From Nonlabens ponticola (GTDB taxonomy: Bacteria > Bacteroidota > Bacteroidia > Flavobacteriales > Flavobacteriaceae): DNA of 32,000 nt. The notes beneath the pieces were generated by a model. It saw nothing but the letters and a program-made list of their open reading frames with translations, ran no database searches and had not been told where the DNA came from. The stretch lies in assembly GCF_003966335.1 (NCBI RefSeq), contig NZ_CP034549.1:150001-182000 (forward strand). Reading direction: 5' to 3'. The translations under genes were made by a program, and so were the position numbers. Shown here one piece after another: positions 9,336-17,878 of the stretch (position 1 is its first letter; each line of letters starts with the position of its first letter).

Positions 9336-10377
9336 TATACTTACCTTATTTCAAGCGCTGCCTAGCTTTAGAAGAATTGCTGTGTGGATTACAGCGATAG
9401 CAATGGCAACCTTGACTATTTCCTGTACTGCCCAAACTCCAGAAAGTATAGACGGGATTTCGTTTGTCGCAACTAGAAATCCTATCGATCAAACTGATGT
9501 GCAGCCGCTGTTGGACTATAATGCCGATTATGCCGCAGTGATCCCTTATGGTTTTATGCGTGATCTATCAAGTCCAGAAGTGATCTACAACACTGATAGA
9601 CAATGGTGGGGCGAGACTAAAGAAGGTGTAGAAAAAACGATAGAACTGTTTCACACAGATGGGCTCAAAGTCATGCTCAAACCACAAATCTGGATCTGGC
9701 GTGGCGAGTATACAGGTAATATCCAGCTAGAAAATGCGCAGCAATGGAAACAGCTGGAAGACAGTTACAGTCAATATATTCTCGATTATGCGCAAGTGGC
9801 CCAAGACCAAAATGTAGAAATGTTATGCATCGCTACGGAGCTGGACAGCTTTGTTGACCAACGTCGTGATTACTGGATGGAACTCATCAAAAAAATCAAG
9901 GCGATCTACCAGGGCAAAATTACCTATGCAGGAAATTGGGACAGCTATAAAAACGTGCACTTTTGGGATCAAATGGACTACATAGGTGTAGATGCTTATT
10001 TTCCTTTAAGCGATCAAAAAACGCCTGATAGCACTACCATTGCAAATAATTGGAAGAAATGGAAGCTGGAATTGAGCACGCTTTCGCGAAAGCATGACAA
10101 ACAAATTCTTTTTGCAGAATACGGTTACATAAGCGCCGATTATGCAGGCAAGGAACCATGGAAAAATGCCGATGAAACTCGTGAGGTCAATAACGATGCC
10201 CAACAAATATTGCTTCAAGGCATGTATGACAACGTGTGGAATGAGGACTGGTTTGCTGGCGGCTTTTTATGGAAACACCATGCAGAAGAAAGTCGACGTG
10301 GCTTTGCAAAACGATTTACACCACAAGGAAAACCAGCGGCACAAACTGTGGCTGAAGCCTACAAGAAATACGAGTAA
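9322..10377 (+). CDS. Putative glycoside hydrolase, clan GH-A-like TIM barrel, lipoprotein
   Basis: Lipobox-like LTISC. CIATELD and LFAEYGY resemble acid/base and nucleophile Glu motifs of (beta/alpha)8 glycosidases. The family assignment is not secure. It overlaps the upstream DUF547 gene by 14 nt. Confidence 0.45.
   Translation: MMQNSILTLFQALPSFRRIAVWITAIAMATLTISCTAQTPESIDGISFVATRNPIDQTDVQPLLDYNADYAAVIPYGFMRDLSSPEVIYNTDRQWWGETKEGVEKTIELFHTDGLKVMLKPQIWIWRGEYTGNIQLENAQQWKQLEDSYSQYILDYAQVAQDQNVEMLCIATELDSFVDQRRDYWMELIKKIKAIYQGKITYAGNWDSYKNVHFWDQMDYIGVDAYFPLSDQKTPDSTTIANNWKKWKLELSTLSRKHDKQILFAEYGYISADYAGKEPWKNADETREVNNDAQQILLQGMYDNVWNEDWFAGGFLWKHHAEESRRGFAKRFTPQGKPAAQTVAEAYKKYE
10079..10094. 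repeat. Palindrome family copy D (15/16), inside a CDS
   Basis: Lies in the glycoside hydrolase-like gene and is read as T-LSRK-H. Confidence 0.85.
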
Positions 10378-10383
10378 AAGATT

Positions 10384-12027
10384 ATGAGAATACTATATAT
10401 CATACTATGCGTAGCACTGGGCACTAACGCTGTAAGCGCACAGTTGCTTCAAAACAAAAAGCAATTTACCCGACAAGATTCTCTGCGTGGATCTATAACA
10501 CCAGAGCGTGCCTGGTGGGAAATCACTTATTATGATCTTGATGTGAAAGTGCAGCCTGATGATAAGTTCATATCGGGTTCCAACACTATTCATTATCGAG
10601 TGCTTGAACCTTATCAAACATTACAGGTAGATCTGCAAGAGCCACTTGAGATTCTCAAGGCTGTTCAAAATGGTCGCGAATTAGAAATTGAACATGATGG
10701 TAATGCGCATTTTGTAAAGCTGGAAGATGAGCAAAATGTAGGTGATATTAATAAGGTAGAAATCGTTTATGAAGGCAAGCCGCGCGAGGCACGCAATGCA
10801 CCGTGGGATGGCGGCTTTTCATGGAAAAAGGATGATCAAGGCAATCACTTCATTGCCACATCAAATCAAGGATTAGGCGCCAGCGTATGGTGGCCCAATA
10901 AAGATCACATGTATCAAGAAGTGGACAGTATGTCGATAAGCGTCAACGTGCCTAGTGAACTGATGAATGTGGGCAATGGAAGATTGAAAGGAGTTGAATT
11001 GAAAAATGATGGAACGACCACCTATCACTGGAAAGTTGAAAATCCCATCAACAATTATGGTGTGAACATCAATGTTGGGAATTATGTGAATTTCTCTGAG
11101 ACCTACGATGGTGAAAAAGGTGAGCTGTTCATGGACTATTATGTACTGGAAGAGAACCTCAAAAAAGCCAAAGAACAATTCAAAGACGCACCCAAGATGA
11201 TGGAGGCTTTTGAGCATTGGTTTGGACCGTATCCGTTTTATGAAGACAGTTTCAAGTTGGTTGAAGTTCCATACTTGGGCATGGAACATCAAAGTAGTGT
11301 TACCTATGGCAATCAGTATGTCAATGGTTATCTGGGCAACGATTTATCAGGTACTGGTTGGGGTTTAAAATTTGATTTTATCATCATTCATGAGTCTGGT
11401 CATGAGTGGTTTGCAAACAACATCACCTACAAGGACATTGCTGATATGTGGATTCACGAGAGTTTCACCGCTTATTCGGAAAATTTGTTTCTCGATTATC
11501 ACTATGGCAAGGAAGCAGCAGCAGAATATGTGATCGGCACTAGACGCGGTATTAGAAACGACAGGCCTATCATAGGCCAATATGATGTTAATCATGAGGG
11601 TTCTGGCGACATGTATTACAAGGGTGCCAACATGCTACACATGATACGCCAGCTTATCAATGACGATGAAAAATGGCGTCAAATCCTGCGAGGACTGAAC
11701 AAAGAATTTTACCATCAAACAGTCACCACAGAGCAAATCGAAAATTACATTGCAGCACAAAGCGGAATTGATCTAAGTAAAGTATTTGATCAGTATTTGA
11801 GAGATGTGCGTATTCCTGTATTAGAATTCAAAAAAACAAACGATCATATTGAATATCGTTGGACTGACGTCGTAAACGGTTTTGCTATGCCTGTTGAAAT
11901 CGAGTTGGATGGGAAATTAAGTTGGATTACACCAACCGAAGAATATCAGAAATTAGACCTGACCGATTTGACATCAGGAATTAAAATTGACAACGATTAT
12001 TACATAGAAGTAGCTTTTTTAAAGTAA
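10384..12027 (+). CDS. M1-family zinc metallopeptidase (aminopeptidase N-like)
   Basis: Signal peptide, a HESGHEWF (HExxH) motif and the downstream WIHESFTAY glutamate ligand. 547 aa. Confidence 0.88.
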   Translation: MRILYIILCVALGTNAVSAQLLQNKKQFTRQDSLRGSITPERAWWEITYYDLDVKVQPDDKFISGSNTIHYRVLEPYQTLQVDLQEPLEILKAVQNGRELEIEHDGNAHFVKLEDEQNVGDINKVEIVYEGKPREARNAPWDGGFSWKKDDQGNHFIATSNQGLGASVWWPNKDHMYQEVDSMSISVNVPSELMNVGNGRLKGVELKNDGTTTYHWKVENPINNYGVNINVGNYVNFSETYDGEKGELFMDYYVLEENLKKAKEQFKDAPKMMEAFEHWFGPYPFYEDSFKLVEVPYLGMEHQSSVTYGNQYVNGYLGNDLSGTGWGLKFDFIIIHESGHEWFANNITYKDIADMWIHESFTAYSENLFLDYHYGKEAAAEYVIGTRRGIRNDRPIIGQYDVNHEGSGDMYYKGANMLHMIRQLINDDEKWRQILRGLNKEFYHQTVTTEQIENYIAAQSGIDLSKVFDQYLRDVRIPVLEFKKTNDHIEYRWTDVVNGFAMPVEIELDGKLSWITPTEEYQKLDLTDLTSGIKIDNDYYIEVAFLK

Positions 12028-12909
12028 ATCAGCCAGACACTCTTCTACAGTCTTATAATTAAATTCGAATCTTGCATCTAACAAACGTTGTGGATAAACG
12101 TATCTGCTTTTAAGCAGAAGTTCAGTTTCTGTTCCAATGACAGCAGCACCTATTTCTAGCAGCCATTTGGGTTGGTCAATACGCAATGGAACTCTAAGCT
12201 TTTGGCTCAACACTTCCATGAAATTATCATTTCGCATCGGGTTTGGAGCAGTGATATTGATCGGACCATCCAAATCAGAATCAATGATGAACTTGACCGC
12301 TCGACAAAGATCCTGTATATGAATCCAACTGATAAATTGATTACCTCGACCTTGTTTACCGCCCATTCCTAATCTGGTTATCTTCTTGAGCATGGGAAAT
12401 GCACCACCATCATTTCCTAGAACTATAGATGTGCGCAATGCAATTTTACGCACGCCATCAAAAGACTTACTGAAAAACTCCTTTTCCCATGACTTAGCGA
12501 TTCCCATTGAGAAGTCGTCACCTATTATTCCGTTTGCTTCTGTATTTATTTGAGTTTCAGAATGTGCATAAATGGTTGCAGTACTCGCGTTGAGAAATAC
12601 TTTGGGTTTAGTCACAGCCTTTTCCAACGCTAAGTTTAATACTCTCGTACTATCAATTCTAGAGTTATAAATCGCTTTACGATTAGCGTCCGTATATCTA
12701 CAATCAACAGATTTTCCTGCTAGATTGATGAGTACATCTGTATCTTCTAAGTGTTTGACCCATTCACCTAAATCTTTTCCATTCCAATGAGTTGTATTTT
12801 GAATGCGCTTTCGCGAAAGCGTAATTACTAAAACACCTTGCTTTTCAAAATATTCTTTGAGGGCAATTCCTAAGAAACCTGTGCCGCCTGCGATAATAAC
12901 CTTTTTCAT
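12019..12909 (-). CDS. TIGR01777/YfcH-family NAD-dependent epimerase-like protein (DUF1731 C-terminus)
   Basis: MKKVIIAGGTGFLG Rossmann start. The ~296 aa length and the C-terminal SRYVYPQRLLDARFEFNY are typical of the family. An ATGA stop/start overlap links it to the upstream gene. Confidence 0.75.
   Translation of the reverse strand: MKKVIIAGGTGFLGIALKEYFEKQGVLVITLSRKRIQNTTHWNGKDLGEWVKHLEDTDVLINLAGKSVDCRYTDANRKAIYNSRIDSTRVLNLALEKAVTKPKVFLNASTATIYAHSETQINTEANGIIGDDFSMGIAKSWEKEFFSKSFDGVRKIALRTSIVLGNDGGAFPMLKKITRLGMGGKQGRGNQFISWIHIQDLCRAVKFIIDSDLDGPINITAPNPMRNDNFMEVLSQKLRVPLRIDQPKWLLEIGAAVIGTETELLLKSRYVYPQRLLDARFEFNYKTVEECLADLL
12806..12821. repeat. Palindrome family copy E (perfect), inside a CDS
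   Basis: Lies in the TIGR01777-like gene (minus strand) and is read as IT-LSRKR-IQ. Confidence 0.95.
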
Positions 12910-13250
12910 ATTCTTGAATTTTGATTGGAAAATTTTTGTTGTTGGTCAGAAAGGATTATACTAAAAACAAGTGATGATGCGCTTATCACAATAGCTATGT
13001 CTAAAAGGACCTGAGATTCCAAATAAGCATAAACCAACGATATTATTCCTACCGAGGCTGCTGCGCAGAAATGGCAGAACGCCAATGTCCGAATCTTACC
13101 GTTCGTAGATTTGTATAAGATACATATGGTTAGAAACACTTGTAAAATGCCATACGGTAGAAATCCCATAACCGCGAGAATGGGGTTCCAAACAAAAACC
13201 ACAAGTAAAATAACGAGTCCAGCGATGTTGATGTTGAATAGAAATTTCAC
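12906..13250 (-). CDS. Hypothetical membrane protein (114 aa)
   Basis: Three or four hydrophobic helices. It apparently starts at a GTG. Its TGA overlaps the ATG of the next gene (ATGA at 12906-12909). Confidence 0.4.
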   Translation of the reverse strand: MKFLFNINIAGLVILLVVFVWNPILAVMGFLPYGILQVFLTICILYKSTNGKIRTLAFCHFCAAASVGIISLVYAYLESQVLLDIAIVISASSLVFSIILSDQQQKFSNQNSRI

Positions 13251-13275
13251 GATGCTATATTTTGATATTTAGGAT

Positions 13276-13674
13276 CTAGACGTTAGGGTTTTCTAGTTTG
13301 ATTTTACGGTAGTCAGGTCTTTTGCTTTTTCTACGACCCCTAAAAAACAGGATTAAATTGAAGAAAAGCATCACACCTAGATAGATAGAAAAACCGCCAA
13401 TCTTACCGCTGAATATTTCGATAAGATTTTGATAGGTGTCTTCAAACCCATAAGAGTTGACCTCTAGAATATAGAGCCCAAAACCAAGATTCAACAAGTA
13501 GAATCCTACTTCAAATAGCTTGTTGGTAGAATGTGCAATCTCTTCTTGACCATTGAAAATGTCAAGCATAAAGATTTTACCATTCTTAAATAACGTGCGA
13601 GATACAAAGAATGTCATACCGATAATGACAGGCACATACACGAGATAACCGACGAGAATTTTTGAAGTTTCCAT
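13276..13674 (-). CDS. Hypothetical membrane protein, paralog of 13679..14026
   Basis: Shares the motif VGFYLLNLGFGLY (versus VGYYLLNLGYGIY) and the overall helix layout with the upstream gene. Only 4 nt separate the two genes. Confidence 0.55.
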   Translation of the reverse strand: METSKILVGYLVYVPVIIGMTFFVSRTLFKNGKIFMLDIFNGQEEIAHSTNKLFEVGFYLLNLGFGLYILEVNSYGFEDTYQNLIEIFSGKIGGFSIYLGVMLFFNLILFFRGRRKSKRPDYRKIKLENPNV

Positions 13675-13678
13675 AATA

Positions 13679-14026
13679 CTAGATTTTAGATTTTGATTTG
13701 TAAATAATATTGATAACCATCATGTTGACATAATGTATAAGCGCGAGTATTAAAGTAATTGCAGCTAGATGAGAGATTACCATTGCTAACATTTGAACGG
13801 TGTTGTTTACTCGTTCCCAACTAGAGATGCCATAAATTCCATAGCCTAAATTGAGCAAGTAGTATCCAACCAATAAGATGTCGTTGATCCTATCGCTCAA
13901 CGCAAGATCATCAGGCAGCAAGCGGCTCACATAAATTCTCCCATTCCTATGGCATATATGACCTACTCGCAGTATGATGGTTAAGATCACTGTTACATAA
14001 ATTATATATGAGATCAGATTATACAT
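13679..14026 (-). CDS. Hypothetical membrane protein, paralog of 13276..13674
   Basis: 115 aa with three hydrophobic helices and the shared VGYYLLNLGYGIY motif. It is preceded by a 28-bp perfect palindrome. Confidence 0.55.
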   Translation of the reverse strand: MYNLISYIIYVTVILTIILRVGHICHRNGRIYVSRLLPDDLALSDRINDILLVGYYLLNLGYGIYGISSWERVNNTVQMLAMVISHLAAITLILALIHYVNMMVINIIYKSKSKI

Positions 14027-14040
14027 TTATTTTAGTTTTA

Positions 14041-14064
14041 AACTTTCAGTAATTACTGAAAGTT
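14041..14064. promoter_or_regulatory. Candidate operator AACTTTCA-N8-TGAAAGTT (core of a 28-bp perfect palindrome at 14039-14066)
   Basis: TAAACTTTCAGTAATTACTGAAAGTTTA reads identically on both strands. It lies between the regulator stop (14083) and the start of the small membrane protein genes (14026). The same half-sites and spacing recur at 14615-14638. Confidence 0.5.
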
Positions 14065-14082
14065 TATTTGAAATAAAAAAGG

Positions 14083-14607
14083 CTATGAAATCGCCTTGAT
14101 CATTTTTTTCAAGTAATTATTATTATTAATTTTAGTTGCGAGGTTCATTAGATTTTCCATTTGTGAGACAAAATCAGATAAATCAGATATGATACCTTGA
14201 AAATGTTTCACTTCTTCGGCATTGCCTTCAATCTTTGCGTTTTTTAGTTGATTAAGTAACAATCTTACTGGCTCAATCTCACGACGTCTGCGCTCTTCCA
14301 TAATGTGTTGTGCGATGGAATAAACGTCATGGTCTGCTACAAAAAATTCCTTGCGCTCACCTAAAACTGTTTCCTTGCGCACTAATCGCCAATTGATTAA
14401 CTCACGCACGTTGGTGTTCACGTTACCTCTTGACAGCTGTACCTGCTCCATGATTTCATCTGCGCTCAAACCAGCTGGTGACGATAATAAAAGCGCATGG
14501 ATCTGAGCCATGGACTTGGAAATACCCCATTGACTAGCTAGCGATCCCCAAGCTTGGATAAATTGATTTTTACCGTCCTCCAATTTCATACTCCAAATGT
14601 ACGACAT
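14083..14607 (-). CDS. GbsR/MarR-family winged-helix transcriptional regulator
   Basis: WGISKSMAQIHALLLSSPAGLSADEIMEQVQLSRGNVNTNVRELINWRLV is typical of GbsR-like regulators. The start could instead be the ATG at 14589. Confidence 0.72.
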   Translation of the reverse strand: MSYIWSMKLEDGKNQFIQAWGSLASQWGISKSMAQIHALLLSSPAGLSADEIMEQVQLSRGNVNTNVRELINWRLVRKETVLGERKEFFVADHDVYSIAQHIMEERRRREIEPVRLLLNQLKNAKIEGNAEEVKHFQGIISDLSDFVSQMENLMNLATKINNNNYLKKMIKAIS

Positions 14608-14614
14608 CTTTTAT

Positions 14615-14638
14615 AACTTTCAATATTTTCTGAAAGTT
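14615..14638. promoter_or_regulatory. Second copy of the AACTTTCA-N8-TGAAAGTT inverted repeat, upstream of the regulator gene
   Basis: AACTTTCAatattttcTGAAAGTT has identical 8-nt arms and 8-nt spacing to the site at 14041-14064. It lies 7-25 nt upstream of the two possible regulator start codons. Confidence 0.45.
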
Positions 14639-14667
14639 TAATTTATTTTCTAGTAGCTTGTTTGTTA

Positions 14668-14675
14668 TAAGTTTG
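14668..14675 (+). promoter_or_regulatory. Candidate -7 promoter box (TAAGTTTG) for the HD-domain gene
   Basis: Exact TAnnTTTG match 32 nt upstream of the ATG at 14708. Its 3' end overlaps palindrome copy F (14674-14689). Confidence 0.3.
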
Positions 14676-14689
14676 CTTTCGCGAAAGCG
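14674..14689. repeat. Palindrome family copy F (15/16; followed by TAATCC)
   Basis: Lies in the divergent intergenic region between the GbsR-like gene and the HD gene. It abuts the candidate -7 box at 14668-14675. Confidence 0.85.
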
Positions 14690-14707
14690 TAATCCGCAAT
14701 TTTCTTC

Positions 14708-15361
14708 ATGCAACAAACGATCATTACAACTACCATAGACTTCGTCAGACAACAGCTAGCAAATGCCGAAGGTGGTCACGACTGGTTTCATATAGAGCGT
14801 GTGTGGAAAAATGCTCAACTGATAGCGAGTAAAGAGACAAATGCAGACCCGATGATCGTTGAATTGGGAGCTTTGCTACACGACATTGCCGACTCTAAAT
14901 TTCACGATGGTGATGAAACTGTTGGACCACGAGTGGCACGTGAGTTTTTGGAATATCAGCAAGTTGATGATAGGATTATCGATCACGTGATAAAAATCAT
15001 TGAAAACATTTCTTTTAAAGGTGGTAATGTAGATCAAAGTTTTAAAAGCATAGAATTGGATATAGTTCAAGATGCCGACAGGCTTGATGCCCTAGGTGCT
15101 ATTGGTATCGCACGCACGTTTAATTACGGCGGTTTTAAAAACAGAACCATCTATGATCCAGCGGTCAAACCTGATCTAAACATGGATAAGGAAACTTACA
15201 AGAAAAGTACGGCACCGACGATCAATCATTTTTACGAAAAGCTTTTACTGCTCAAGGATCGCATGAATACAAAAGCTGGTAAGCAACTTGCCCAAAAACG
15301 CCATCAGTTCATGGAACATTATCTAGAGCAGTTTTATGCGGAATGGAACGGTGAAGTGTAA
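14708..15361 (+). CDS. HD-domain metal-dependent phosphohydrolase
   Basis: HDWFHIERV ... LLHDIADSKF ... DADRLDALGAIGIAR fits the HD superfamily (YedJ-like) pattern. 217 aa. Confidence 0.8.
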   Translation: MQQTIITTTIDFVRQQLANAEGGHDWFHIERVWKNAQLIASKETNADPMIVELGALLHDIADSKFHDGDETVGPRVAREFLEYQQVDDRIIDHVIKIIENISFKGGNVDQSFKSIELDIVQDADRLDALGAIGIARTFNYGGFKNRTIYDPAVKPDLNMDKETYKKSTAPTINHFYEKLLLLKDRMNTKAGKQLAQKRHQFMEHYLEQFYAEWNGEV

Positions 15362-15385
15362 TATCTAACTACAGACTTACCTAAA

Positions 15386-16120
15386 TCAATCAGCTACTTC
15401 TAGCTTTTCCTTAGAAACATCGCACCATTTGAGATAGTACTCATAGATTTCATCTATGCTAGCACCTCGACGCTTTTTCCAATAAATCGTGAGGTAAAAC
15501 CATTGCAGTTTGAAAACGCCTACATCAGTATAGCGTCTCGCACTTGTGGTAAGCCACTTTGGGATCACATGGAAATGCTCAAGATCATAAAGCTCATGGA
15601 TGAGCAGGTAATCCTCATAGATAGGAACATCTGTGTTATAGCCGCCCAACTGCTCATATAATCCTCTAGTAATGTATTGGCTTTGATCGCCGCCACGGCT
15701 TGCTCTCCAATTGAATCTAGTAAACCAGCCTATGATGACCAGCCACCAGTGCCAACTTCTAAAACGCATACGGAAACAGCCTGCTGGCTCGCCAATTTTG
15801 ATCGCATTATGAATGTACAAATCATAATTTTTAGGTGGATGAGAGTCTGCATGCAGAAAGTAAAACGTGTCATACTGTGCAGCAAGCGCGCCGTTATGCA
15901 TTTGTAGACCGCGACCCTTGTCACTCTCTATTACTCTTATCCTTTGATGGCTGTGATCAGTGGCAAAACGTTTTACCTCGCTCAACGTATCATCAACACT
16001 ACGTCCATCAACAACTATAAATTCTAGCGATTGTGGATCGTGAGCACGTCGCAATAATAGTTTTAATAAAGAATAAATTCCTGTCTCTTCATTAAGTACA
16101 GGAATGACAATGCTCATCAT
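15386..16120 (-). CDS. Family 2 glycosyltransferase of the TIGR04283-like type
   Basis: SIVIPVLNEE, FIVVDGRSVDDT, GRGLQMHNGA, FLHADSHPP, GDQSQYITRGLYEQLGGY and IYEDY follow the pattern I recall for TIGR04283 GT2 enzymes. Confidence 0.65.
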   Translation of the reverse strand: MMSIVIPVLNEETGIYSLLKLLLRRAHDPQSLEFIVVDGRSVDDTLSEVKRFATDHSHQRIRVIESDKGRGLQMHNGALAAQYDTFYFLHADSHPPKNYDLYIHNAIKIGEPAGCFRMRFRSWHWWLVIIGWFTRFNWRASRGGDQSQYITRGLYEQLGGYNTDVPIYEDYLLIHELYDLEHFHVIPKWLTTSARRYTDVGVFKLQWFYLTIYWKKRRGASIDEIYEYYLKWCDVSKEKLEVAD

Positions 16121-16168
16121 ACGGTCAAATATACGATGAGCATTGTTTTATGGTTTGTAGGATTTTAT

Positions 16169-16948
16169 TTATTCTTGATCGTTGAGCGACCAGTCATATT
16201 CTTTAAAATCTACCTTGGCACCCGTATTGATTTTTTGATCTGCATACTGGTTCACGTAGGCTACTAGACTCTTGCCAGTATCGGTAAAGTCGCTAGTGTA
16301 AAACTTGAAGATGCTGCTCAGTTTTGGGTTTGCAGGGTCGCTTAAATCATTCTTATCGCTATTGACAAATTCTCTTGCAGCACGATCCATAAGTTCATCC
16401 ACGTTAGAACCTGTAAACGCGTCACGCATCAATTTGGGACAAGAATAACTCGCACAATTAATAGCAAAATGGATTCTAGGATCACCCATTTTTTGCAGCA
16501 CGCCTTTTTCAATCGAGGCAAGCGAATACATCTCACCATTCACATTAATATATTCCTTAAGCCACACTTGACCCAACGGCCCACTAATATCCTTAATACT
16601 TGCGGGCATGTCATTGTCCAAAATCAAATCCAGCGTTGCAGCATTATATAAATTGATGTAATAGGCAAATTGCTCACCGTTTTCCCAATCCTTTTTAGGT
16701 GGATTTACACTCAAATACGTCAAGTATGATTTAAGTGCCGCATGCTCTTTTTTAAGACCCTCATAGTCCACAAAACCTTCTTCATTGACATATCTCTTGA
16801 GCAGCTTGTCATATTCACTGTGGTCTAACTGCGACCTATTGGTAGAAATCTGTTCGTTGGCCTCTAGTGTGTCATAGTATAGACTACCAGCGCCAACACA
16901 AGAAGCTGTTATAAAAATGAAGAGTAATAAATATGTTATTTTTTTCAT
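16169..16948 (-). CDS. DUF547 domain-containing lipoprotein (second DUF547 paralog in the window)
   Basis: Signal/lipobox ITASC. YINLYNAATLDLIL and RIHFAINCASYSCPKL fit the DUF547 signature. Confidence 0.75.
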   Translation of the reverse strand: MKKITYLLLFIFITASCVGAGSLYYDTLEANEQISTNRSQLDHSEYDKLLKRYVNEEGFVDYEGLKKEHAALKSYLTYLSVNPPKKDWENGEQFAYYINLYNAATLDLILDNDMPASIKDISGPLGQVWLKEYINVNGEMYSLASIEKGVLQKMGDPRIHFAINCASYSCPKLMRDAFTGSNVDELMDRAAREFVNSDKNDLSDPANPKLSSIFKFYTSDFTDTGKSLVAYVNQYADQKINTGAKVDFKEYDWSLNDQE

Positions 16949-16957
16949 GATGCGTTA

Positions 16958-16973
16958 CGCTTTCGCGAAAGCG
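16958..16973. repeat. Palindrome family copy G (perfect; TTACGC...GCGGAATCC)
   Basis: Lies 9 nt upstream of the DUF547 ATG (16948) and downstream of the PNP stop. Confidence 0.95.
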
Positions 16974-17004
16974 GAATCCTTAAACACCACTTTCTTAGTT
17001 AAGT

Positions 17005-17012
17005 CAAAATTA
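17005..17012 (-). promoter_or_regulatory. Candidate -7 promoter box (TAATTTTG on the minus strand) for the DUF547/GT2 genes
   Basis: Exact TAnnTTTG match on the minus strand. Palindrome copy G (16958-16973) would then fall in the ~50-nt leader before the ATG at 16948. Confidence 0.3.
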
Positions 17013-17056
17013 GACACCTACCAGCTTTTACTGCACCACTTAACGCAACAATAACG

Positions 17057-17875
17057 TTACAGTCGCTCGATCACGCCCTGGAATAGCTGGACCATTTTAG
17101 GCTCAGCTTTTCCTGCCACTTCTATAATTTCTGGCACATTTACAGGTGCGAGATCGTCTGGATCGCACTCATCTGTCAAAACGGAAACCGCGCTCACAGG
17201 TAAATTCAAATGGTTGGCAACGATAATTTCAGGCACGGTACTCATTCCTACCGCATCAGCACCCATGATTTTGAGCATGCGGTACTCGGCTCTGGTTTCT
17301 AGTTGCGGGCCAACGACGCTGGCGTACACACCTGTGTGTAAATTGATGCCGTGATCGCTCGCAACATCCTGTAAATGCTTGTTCATAGTCGCATCATAAG
17401 GCGCGCTCATATCTGTAAATCGCTCGCCAAAATCAGACACACCCTTAAAAGCCAGCGGGCTACCACCTTGCAAATTGATGTGATCGTCGATCAACATCAA
17501 ATCGCCTTTTTTCATATCTAGATTGATGGCACCAGCAGCATTTGAAACCAATAAATTATTGATTCCCAAACCATGCATGACACGTATAGGATATGTGATA
17601 TCGATAAAATCATAACCTTCATACAAGTGAAAACGACCTTGCATCACGACAACTTTTTTACCACCTAGATCGCCGTAAATCAGTTTACCAGTATGAAACT
17701 CTACCGTCGCAAGTGGGAACGATGGTATGTTATTGTAGTGTGCTACTTTCTGGTTCTCGATCTTGTCCACCAGCTGGCCTAGACCTGTACCTAGGACGAT
17801 ACCAACCTCTGGTGCATCAAAGCCTTGATCCTTTAAATAATCTATTGAGTTTTCTAGTTGTTTTCTACTTAGCAT
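17057..17875 (-). CDS. Purine-nucleoside phosphorylase (trimeric PNP family I, inosine/guanosine type)
   Basis: 272 aa. GIVLGTGLG, GRFHLYEGY, VSNAAGAIN, GPQLETRAEYRML and GADAVGMSTVPE are the canonical PNP-I motifs. Confidence 0.88.
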   Translation of the reverse strand: MLSRKQLENSIDYLKDQGFDAPEVGIVLGTGLGQLVDKIENQKVAHYNNIPSFPLATVEFHTGKLIYGDLGGKKVVVMQGRFHLYEGYDFIDITYPIRVMHGLGINNLLVSNAAGAINLDMKKGDLMLIDDHINLQGGSPLAFKGVSDFGERFTDMSAPYDATMNKHLQDVASDHGINLHTGVYASVVGPQLETRAEYRMLKIMGADAVGMSTVPEIIVANHLNLPVSAVSVLTDECDPDDLAPVNVPEIIEVAGKAEPKMVQLFQGVIERL

Positions 17876-17878
17876 GTT

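Noticed and set aside
348-12372. Short ORFs nested in or antisense to larger well-supported genes in the first part of the window. These are 348..545, 1878..2231, 4093..4287, 4647..4850, 6231..6437, 6422..6622, 7079..7498, 7234..7494, 7504..7737, 8039..8353, 10006..10218, 10142..10387, 10405..10617, 10873..11292, 11365..11595, 12137..12322 and 12172..12372.
   Set aside because: Each overlaps a longer ORF with clear family motifs on the other strand or in another frame. Their translations are low-complexity or Cys/Arg/Ser-rich in a non-protein-like way. They are shadow ORFs.
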